64,000 bases of DNA. It comes from Balanoglossus misakiensis (lineage: Eukaryota > Animalia > Hemichordata). The stretch is from contig CM082590.2 in the NCBI GenBank assembly GCA_040954595.2, positions 2,604,001 to 2,668,000 on the forward strand, in the 5' to 3' direction. Positions 54,301 through 64,000 of this stretch are shown here, in pieces (within the stretch, counting starts at the first letter, position 1; each line of letters begins with the position of its first letter). Below the pieces are notes generated by a model that saw only the letters and a program-made list of their open reading frames with translations, had not been told where the DNA came from and did no database searches. The position numbers were made by a program, and so were the translations under genes.

Positions 54301-57300
54301 ATGCGCATAAGAACGTTTTCCACTAGACTCTGTAGATCGACGGATAGTTGTAAAATTTCCATGGTTGCTTCCAAACAGCCTCGTTTATTTACCGAATTCT
54401 GTTGTGAGGCACAGAACACATAGATAGGCCTATGTGCATAAGAAAGTTTTCCACTATAGACTCTGTAGATCGAGAGATAGTTCTAAAATGTCCATGGTTG
54501 CTTCCAAACACAGCCTCGTTTGTTTACAAAATTCTGTTGTGATGCGCAGAACACATATATAGGACTATGCGCATAAGAACGTTTCCACTAGACTCTGTAG
54601 ATCGACGGATAGCTATACAATTTCCATGGTTGCTTCCAAACAGCCTCGTTTATTTACCGATTTCTGTTGTGAGGCGCAGAACACATGATAGGCCTATGCG
54701 CATGAGACATTTTTCCACTAGACTCTGTAGATCGACGGATAGTTGTAAAATTTCATGGTTGCTTCCAAATACAGCCTCGTTTATTTACAGATTTCTGTTG
54801 TGATGCGCATAACACATAGATAGGCCTATGCGCATAAGAACGTTTTCCACTAGACTTTGTAGATCGACGGATAGTTGTACAATGTCCATGGTTGCTTCCA
54901 AACAGCCTCGTTTATTTACCGAATTGTGTTGTGAGGCGCAGAACACGTAATAGGTCTATGCGCATAAGGAAGTTTTCCACCAGACTCTGTAGATCGACGG
55001 ATAGTTGTACAATTTCCATGGTTGCTTCCAAACAGCCTCGTTTATTTACCGATTTCTGTTGTGAGGCGCAGAACACATGATAGGCCTATGCGCATAAGAC
55101 ATTTTTCCACTAGACTCTGTAGATCGACGGATAGTTCTAAAATTTCCATGGTTGCTTCCAAACAGCCTCGTTTATTTACCAAATTCTGTTGTGATGCGCA
55201 GAACACATATATAGGCCTATGCGCATAATAACGTTTTCCACTAGACTCTGTAGATCGACGGATAGTTGTAAAATTTCCATGGTTGCTTCCAAACAGCCTC
55301 GTTTATTTACCGATTTCTGTTGTGATGCGCAGAACACATAGATAGGCATATGTGCATAATAAAGTTTTCCACTAGACTCTGTAGATCGAGAGATAGTTCT
55401 AAAATTTCCATGGTTGCTTCCAAACACAGCCTCGTTTGTTTACAAAATTCTGTTGTGATGCGCAGAACACATATATAGGCCTATGCGCATAATAACGTTT
55501 TCCACTAGACTCTGTAGATCGACGGATAGTTGTAAAATTTCCATGGTTGCTTCCAAACAGCCTCGTTTATTTACCGAATTCTGTTGTGAGGCGCAGAACA
55601 CATAGATAGGCATATGTGCATAAGAAAGTTTTCCACTATAGACTCTGTAGATCGAGAGATAGTTCTAAAATGTCCATGGTTGCTTCCAAACACAGCCTCG
55701 TTTGTTTACAAAATTCTGTTGTGATGCGCAGAACACATATATAGGCCTATGCGCATAATAACGTTTTCCACTAGACTCTGTAGATCGACGGATAGTTGTA
55801 AAATTTCCATGGTTGCTTCCAAACAGCCTCGTTTATTTACCGAATTCTGTTGTGAGGCGCAGAACACGTAATAGGTCTATGCGCATAAGGAAGTTTTCCA
55901 CCAGACTCTGTAGATCGACGGATAGTTGTAAAATTTCATGGTTGCTTCCAAATACAGCCTCGTTTATTTACCGATTTCTGTTGTGATGCGCATAACACAT
56001 AGATAGGCCTATGCGCATAAGAACGTTTTCCACTAGACTCTGTAGATCGACGGATAGTTGTACAATTTCCATGGTTGCTTCCAAACAGCCTCGTTTATTT
56101 ACCGATTTCTGTTGTGAGGCGCAGAACACATGATAGGCCTATGCGCATAAGACATTTTTCCACTAGACTCTGTAGATCGACGGATAGTTCTAAAATTTCC
56201 ATGGTTGCTTCCAAACAGCCTCGTTTATTTACCGAATTCTGTTGTGAGGCGCAGAGCACGTAATAGGCCTATGCGCATAAGAAAGTTTTCCACCAGACTC
56301 TGTAGATCGACGGATAGTTGTAAAATTTCCATGGTTGCTTCCAAACAGCCTCGTTTATTTACCGATTTCTGTTGTGATGCGCAGAACACATAGATAAGCA
56401 TATGTGCATAATAAAGTTTTCCACTAGACTCTGTAGATCGAGAGATAGTTCTAAAATTTCCATGGTTGCTTCCAAACACAGCCTCGTTTGTTTACAAAAT
56501 TCTGTTGTGATGCGCAGAACACATATATAGGCCTATGCGCATAATAACGTTTTCCACTAGACTCTGTAGATCGACGGATAGTTGTAAAATTTCCATGGTT
56601 GCTTCCAAACAGCCTCGTTTATTTACCGATTTCTGTTGTGATGCGCAGAACACATAGATAGGCATATGTGCATAATAAAGTTTTCCACTAGACTCTGTAG
56701 ATCGAGAGATAGTTCTAAAATTTCCATGGTTGCTTCCAAACACAGCCTCGTTTGTTTACAAAATTCTGTTGTGATGCGCAGAACACATATATAGGCCTAT
56801 GCGCATAATAACGTTTTCCACTAGACTCTGTAGATCGACGGATAGTTGTAAAATTTCCATGGTTGCTTCCAAACAGCCTCGTTTATTTACCGAATTCTGT
56901 TGTGAGGCGCAGAACACATAGATAGGCATATGTGCATAAGAAAGTTTTCCACTATAGACTCTGTAGATCGAGAGATAGTTCTAAAATGTCCATGGTTGCT
57001 TCCAAACACAGCCTCGTTTGTTTACAAAATTCTGTTGTGATGCGCAGAACACATATATAGGCCTATGCGCATAATAACGTTTTCCACTAGACTCTGTAGA
57101 TCGACGGATAGTTGTAAAATTTCCATGGTTGCTTCCAAACAGCCTCGTTTATTTACCGAATTCTGTTGTGAGGCGCAGAACACGTAATAGGTCTATGCGC
57201 ATAAGGAAGTTTTCCACCAGACTCTGTAGATCGACGGATACTTGTAAAATTTCATGGTTGCTTCCAAATACAGCCTCGTTTATTTACCGATTTCTGTTGT

Positions 57301-59548
57301 GATGCGCATAACACATAGATAGGCCTATGCGCATAAGAACGTTTTCCACTAGACTCTGTAGATCGACGGATAGTTGTACAATTTCCATGGTTGCTTCCAA
57401 ACAGCCTCGTTTATTTACCGATTTCTGTTGTGAGGCGCAGAACACATGATAGGCCTATGCGCATAAGACATTTTTCCACTAGACTCTGTAGATCGACGGA
57501 TAGTTCTAAAATTTCCATGGTTGCTTCCAAACAGCCTCGTTTATTTACCGAATTCTGTTGTGAGGCGCAGAGCACGTAATAGGCCTATGCGCATAAGAAA
57601 GTTTTCCACCAGACTCTGTAGATCGACGGATAGTTGTAAAATTTCCATGGTTGCTTCCAAACAGCCTCGTTTATTTACCGATTTCTGTTGTGATGCGCAG
57701 AACACATAGATAAGCATATGTGCATAATAAAGTTTTCCACTAGACTCTGTAGATCGAGAGATAGTTCTAAAATTTCCATGGTTGCTTCCAAACACAGCCT
57801 CGTTTGTTTACAAAATTCTGTTGTGATGCGCAGAACACATATATAGGCCTATGCGCATAATAACGTTTTCCACTAGACTCTGTAGATCGACGGATAGTTG
57901 TAAAATTTCCATGGTTGCTTCCAAACAGCCTCGTTTATTTACCGAATTCTGTTGTGAGGCGCAGAACACATAGATAGGCATATGTGCATAAGAAAGTTTT
58001 CCACTATAGACTCTGTAGATCGAGAGATAGTTCTAAAATGTCCATGGTTGCTTCCAAACACAGCCTCGTTTGTTTACAAAATTCTGTTGTGATGCGCAGA
58101 ACACATATATAGGCCTATGCGCATAATAACGTTTTCCACTAGACTCTGTAGATCGACGGATAGTTGTAAAATTTCCATGGTTGCTTCCAAACAGCCTCGT
58201 TTATTTACCGAATTCTGTTGTGAGGCGCAGAACACATAGATAGGCATATGTGCATAAGAAAGTTTTCCACTATAGACTCTGTAGATCGAGAGATAGTTCT
58301 AAAATGTCCATGGTTGCTACCAAACACAGCCTCGTTTGTTTACAAAATTCTGTTGTGATACGCAGAACACATATATAGGCATATGCGCATAAGAACGTTT
58401 CCACTAGACTCTGTAGATCGACGGATAGCTGTAAAATTTCCATGGTTGCTTCCAAACAGCCTCGTTTATTTACCGATTTCTGTTGTGAGGCGCAGAACAC
58501 ATGATAGGCCTATGCGCATGAGACATTTTTCCACTAGACTCTGTAGATCGACGGATAGTTGTAAAATTTCATGGTTGCTTCCAAATACAGCCTCGTTTAT
58601 TTAGCGATTTCTGTTGTGATGCGCATAACACATAGATAGGCCTATGCGCATAAGAACGTTTTCCACTAGACTTTGTAGATCGACGGATAGTTGTACAATG
58701 TCCATGGTTGCTTCCAAACAGCCTCGTTTATTTACCGAATTCTGTTGTGAGGCGCAGAACACGTAATAGGTCTATGCGCATAAGGAAGTTTTCCACCAGA
58801 CTCTGTAGATCGACGGATAGTTGTAAAATTTCATGGTTGCTTCCAAATACAGCCTCGTTTATTTACCGATTTCTGTTGTGATGCGCATAACACATAGATA
58901 GGCCTATGCGCATAAGAACGTTTTCCACTAGACTCTGTAGATCGACGGATAGTTGTACAATTTCCATGGTTGCTTCCAAACAGCCTCGTTTATTTACCGA
59001 TTTCTGTTGTGAGGCACAGAACACATGATAGGCCTATGCGCATAAGACATTTTTCCACTAGACTCTGTAGATCGACGGATAGTTCTAAAATTTCCATGGT
59101 TGCTTCCAAACAGCCTCGTTTATTTACCGAATTCTGTTGTGAGGCGCAGAGCACGTAATAGGCCTATGCGCATAAGAAAGTTTTCCACCAGACTCTGTAG
59201 ATCGACGGATAGTTGTAAAATTTCCATGGTTGCTTCCAAACAGCCTCGTTTATTTACCGATTTCTGTTGTGATGCGCAGAACACATAGATAGGCATATGT
59301 GCATAATAAAGTTTTCCACTAGACTCTGTAGATCGAGAGATAGTTCTAAAATTTCCATGGTTGCTTCCAAACAGCCTCGTTTATTTACCGAATTCTGTTG
59401 TGAGGCGCAGAGCACGTAATAGGCCTATGCGCATAAGAAAGTTTTCCACCAGACTCTGTAGATCGACGGATAGTTGTAAAATTTCCATGGTTGCTTCCAA
59501 ACAGCCTCGTTTATTTACCGATTTCTGTTGTGATGCGCAGAACACATA
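51366..59548 (+). repeat. Copy 2 of the ~8.2 kb near-identical block
   Basis: Shares with copy 1: GATACGCAT (~29514/51912), GCGCACAAC (~30431/52829), CCTCCTTT (~30532/52930), ACAGAATT (~31461/53859), GAATTGTG (~32523/54921), GATACTTG (~34839/57237), GATACGCAG (~35959/58357). Confidence 0.93.
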
Positions 59549-62500
59549 GATAAGCATATGTGCATAATAAAGTTTTCCACTAGACTCTGTAGATCGAGAG
59601 ATAGTTCTAAAATTTCCATGGTTGCTTCCAAACACAGCCTCGTTTGTTTACAAAATTCTGTTGTGATGCGCAGAACACATATATAGGCCTATGCGCATAA
59701 TAACGTTTTCCACTAGACTCTGTAGATCGACGGATAGTTGTAAAATTTCCATGGTTGCTTCCAAACAGCCTCGTTTATTTACCGAATTCTGTTGTGAGGC
59801 GCAGAACACATAGATAGGCATATGTGCATAAGAAAGTTTTCCACTATAGACTCTGTAGATCGAGAGATAGTTCTAAAATGTCCATGGTTGCTTCCAAACA
59901 CAGCCTCGTTTGTTTACAAAATTATGTTGTGATGCGCAGAACACATATATAGGCCTATGCGCATAATAACGTTTTCCACTAGACTCTGTAGATCGACGGA
60001 TAGTTGTAAAATTTCCATGGTTGCTTCCAAACAGCCTCGTTTATTTACCGAATTCTGTTGTGAGGCGCAGAACACATAGATAGGCATATGTGCATAAGAA
60101 AGTTTTCCACTATAGACTCTGTAGATCGAGAGATAGTTCTAAAATGTCCATGGTTGCTACCAAACACAGCCTCGTTTGTTTACAAAATTCTGTTGTGATG
60201 CGCAGAACACATATATAGGCCTATGCGCATAAGAACGTTTCCACTAGACTCTGTAGATCGACGGATAGCTGTAAAATTTCCATGGTTGCTTCCAAACAGC
60301 CTCGTTTATTTACCGATTTCTGTTGTGAGGCGCAGAACACATGATAGGCCTATGCGCATGAGACATTTTTCCACTAGACTCTGTAGATCGACGGATAGTT
60401 GTAAAATTTCATGGTTGCTTCCAAATACAGCCTCGTTTATTTAGCGATTTCTGTTGTGATGCGCATAACACATAGATAGGCCTATGCGCATAAGAACGTT
60501 TTCCACTAGACTTTGTAGATCGACGGATAGTTGTACAATGTCCATGGTTGCTTCCAAACAGCCTCGTTTATTTACCGAATTCTGTTGTGAGGCGCAGAAC
60601 ACGTAATAGGTCTATGCGCATAAGGAAGTTTTCCACCAGACTCTGTAGATCGACGGATACTTGTAAAATTTCATGGTTGCTTCCAAATACAGCCTCGTTT
60701 ATTTACCGATTTCTGTTGTGATGCGCATAACACATAGATAGGCCTATGCGCATAAGAACGTTTTCCACTAGACTCTGTAGATCGACGGATAGTTGTACAA
60801 TTTCCAGGGTTGCTTCCAAACAGCCTCGTTTATTTACCGATTTCTGTTGTGAGGCACAGAACACATGATAGGCCTATGCGCATAAGACATTTTTCCACTA
60901 GACTCTGTAGATCGACGGATAGTTCTAAAATTTCCATGGTTGCTTCCAAACAGCCTCGTTTATTTACCGAATTCTGTTGTGAGGCGCAGAGCACGTAATA
61001 GGCCTATGCGCATAAGAAAGTTTTCCACCAGACTCTGTAGATCGACGGATAGTTGTAAAATTTCCATGGTTGCTTCCAAACAGCCTCGTTTATTTACCGA
61101 TTTCTGTTGTGATGCGCAGAACACATAGATAGGCATATGTGCATAATAAAGTTTTCCACTAGACTCTGTAGATCGAGAGATAGTTCTAAAATTTCCATGG
61201 TTGCTTCCAAACACAGCCTCGTTTGTTTACAAAATTCTGTTGTGATGCGCAGAACACATATATAGGCCTATGCGCATAATAACGTTTTCCACTAGACTCT
61301 GTAGATCGACGGATAGTTGTAAAATTTCCATGGTTGCTTCCAAACAGCCTCGTTTATTTACCGAATTCTGTTGTGAGGCGCAGAACACATAGATAGGCAT
61401 ATGTGCATAAGAAAGTTTTCCACTATAGACTCTGTAGATCGAGAGATAGTTCTAAAATGTCCATGGTTGCTTCCAAACACAGCCTCGTTTGTTTACAAAA
61501 TTCTGTTGTGATGCGCAGAACACATATATAGGCCTATGCGCATAAGAACGTTTCCACTAGACTCTGTAGATCGACGGATAGCTGTAAAATTTCCATGGTT
61601 GCTTTTAAACAGCCTCGTTTATTTACCGATTTCTGTTGTGAGGCGCAGAACACATAGATAGGCATATGTGCATAAGAAAGTTTTCCACTATAGACTCTGT
61701 AGATCGAGAGATAGTTCTAAAATGTCCATGGTTGCTTCCAAACACAGCCTCGTTTATTTACCGATTTCTGTTGTGATGCGCATAACACATAGATAGGCCT
61801 ATGCGCATAAGAACGTTTTCCACTAGACTCTGTAGATCGACGGATAGTTGTACAATTTCCATGGTTGCTTCCAAACAGCATCGTTTATTTACCGAATTCT
61901 GTTGTGAGGCGCAGAACACGTAATAGGTCTATGCGCATAAGGAAGTTTTCCACCAGACTCTGTAGATCGACGGATAGTTCTAAAATTTCCATGATTGCTT
62001 CCAAACAGCCTCGTTTATTTACCGAATTCTGTTGTGAGGCGCAGAGCACGTAATAGGCCTATGCGCATAAGAAAGTTTTCCACCAGACTCTGTAGATCGA
62101 CGGATAGTTGTAAAATTTCCATGGTTGCTTCCAAACAGCCTCGTTTATTTACCGATTTCTGTTGTGATGCGCAGAACACATAGATAGGCATATGTGCATA
62201 ATAAAGTTTTCCACTAGACTCTGTAGATCGAGAGATAGTTCTAAAATTTCCATGGTTGCTTCCAAACACAGCCTCGTTTGTTTACAAAATTCTGTTGTGA
62301 TGCGCAGAACACATATATAGGCCTATGCGCATAATAACGTTTTCCACTAGACTCTGTAGATCGACGGATAGTTGTAAAATTTCATGATTGCTTCCAAATA
62401 CAGCCTCGTTTATTTACCGATTTCTGTTGTGATGCGTATAACACATAGATAGGCCTATGCGCATAAGAACGTTTTCCACTAGACTATGTAGATCGACGGA

Positions 62501-64000
62501 TAGTTGTACAATTTCCATGGTTGCTTCCAAACAGCCTCGTTTATTTACCGAATTCTGTTGTGAGGCGCAGAACACATAGATAGGCATATGTGCATAAGAA
62601 AGTTTTCCACTATAGACTCTGTAGATCGAGAGATAGTTCTAAAATGTCCATGGTTGCTACCAAACACAGCCTCGTTTGTTTACAAAATTCTGTTGTGATG
62701 CGCAGAACACATATATAGGCCTATGCGCATAAGAACGTTTCCACTAGACTCTGTAGATCGACGGATAGCTGTAAAATTTCCATGGTTGCTTCCAAACAGC
62801 CTCGTTTATTTACCGATTTCTGTTGTGATGCGCAGAACACATAGATAGGCATATGTGCATAATAAAGTTTTCCACTAGACTCTGTAGATCGAGAGATAGT
62901 TCTAAAATTTCCATGGTTGCTTCCAAACACAGCCTCGTTTGTTTACAAAATTCTGTTGTGATGCGCAGAACACATATATAGGCCTATGCGCATAATAACG
63001 TTTTCCACTAGACTCTGTAGATCGACGGATAGTTGTAAAATTTCCATGGTTGCTTCCAAACAGCCTCGTTTATTTACCGAATTCTGTTGTGAGGCGCAGA
63101 ACACATAGATAGGCATATGTGCATAAGAAAGTTTTCCACTATAGACTCTGTAGATCGAGAGATAGTTCTAAAATGTCCATGGTTGCTTCCAAACACAGCC
63201 TCGTTTGTTTACAAAATTCTGTTGTGATGCGCAGAACACATATATAGGCCCATGCGCATAATAACGTTTTCCACTAGACTCTGTAGATCGACGGATAGTT
63301 GTAAAATTTCCATGGTTGCTTCCAAACAGCCTCGTTTATTTACCGAATTCTGTTGTGAGGCGCAGAACACATAGATAGGCATATGTGCATAAATAAGTTT
63401 TCCACTATAGACTCTGTAGATCGAGAGATAGTTCTAAAATGTCCATGGTTGCTACCAAACACAGCCTCGTTTGTTTACAAAATTATGTTGTGATGCGCAG
63501 AACACATATATAGGCCTATGCGCATAAGAACGTTTCCACTAGACTCTGTAGATCGACGGATAGCTGTAAAATTTCCATGGTTGCTTCCAAACAGCCTCGT
63601 TTATTTACCGATTTCTGTTGTGAGGCGCAGAACACATGATAGGCCTATGCGCATGAGACATTTTTCCACTAGACTCTGTAGATCGACGGATAGTTGTAAA
63701 ATTTCATGGTTGCTTCCAAATACAGCCTCGTTTATTTAGCGATTTCTGTTGTGATGCGCATAACACATAGATAGGCCTATGCGCATAAGAACGTTTTCCA
63801 CTAGACTTTGTAGATCGACGGATAGTTGTACAATGTCCATGGTTGCTTCCAAACAGCCTCGTTTATTTACCGAATTCTGTTGTGAGGCGCAGAACACGTA
63901 ATAGGTCTATGCGCATAAGGAAGTTTTCCACCAGACTCTGTAGATCGACAGATAGTTCTAAAATGTCCATGGTTGCTTCCAAACACAGCCTCGTTTATTT

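Larger units (their letters stand above)
1..64000 (+). repeat. Tandem satellite DNA array, ~130-135 bp monomer (~480-490 copies), single orientation, extends beyond both window edges
   Basis: The motif series TAGACTCTGTAGATCGA...TCCATGGTTGCTTCCAAA(CA)CAGCCTCGTTT...TTCTGTTGTGA(G/T)GCGCAGAACACAT...TAGGC(C/A)TATG(C/T)GCATAA...TTTTCCAC recurs continuously from base 1 to 64000. CCATGG lies at 571, 704, 837 and 970 (133 bp spacing). Runs of 130 bp monomers are visible as ORF offsets 25121/25251/25381/25511/25641/25771. Confidence 0.99.

Noticed and set aside
71-63739. Many 60-107 aa ORFs on both strands (MRIRTFPLDSVDRR..., MLPNSLVYLP..., MFGSNHGNF...)
   Set aside because: They are translations of the satellite in rotating frames. 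Monomer lengths are mostly not multiples of 3, stops and frameshifting indels are frequent, and I recognise no domain or codon-level constraint.
1-64000. CRISPR-like or other repeat-spacer array
   Set aside because: There are no unique spacers: the entire monomer is repeated with only point variants. No cas genes or leader are present.
1-64000. 5S rDNA, tRNA or snRNA tandem gene cluster (unit size near 120-130 bp)
   Set aside because: I recognise no 5S sequence, Pol III A/B/C boxes or cloverleaf, and there is no gene-plus-spacer organisation. An Rfam search would confirm.
1-64000. Inversions, transposon insertions or telomeric repeats within the array
   Set aside because: None seen on read-through. 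All monomers are in the same orientation and phase is continuous.

Overview
The whole 64 kb window is one uninterrupted head-to-tail tandem satellite array of roughly 480-490 copies of a ~130-135 bp monomer (64000/~132), all in the same orientation. I saw no unique sequence, transposon insertion, gene or RNA gene. Every ORF in the track is a chance reading of the repeat. The array is highly structured. The backbone is an A/B dimer (133+133=266 bp). A limited alphabet of further monomer variants recurs in stereotyped order. Nested block duplications occur at periods of about 390, 531, 798, 1316, 1573, 1589, 1840, 1979, 3707 and 7200-7800 bp, and an ~8.2 kb block recurs near-identically 22,398 bp downstream. 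This architecture is typical of eukaryotic centromeric or pericentromeric satellite with irregular higher-order repeats (inference). I cannot name the organism or the satellite family, and I found no evidence of a novel protein-coding system. Block boundaries were estimated by eye from shared rare variants and ORF-track offsets and are approximate.
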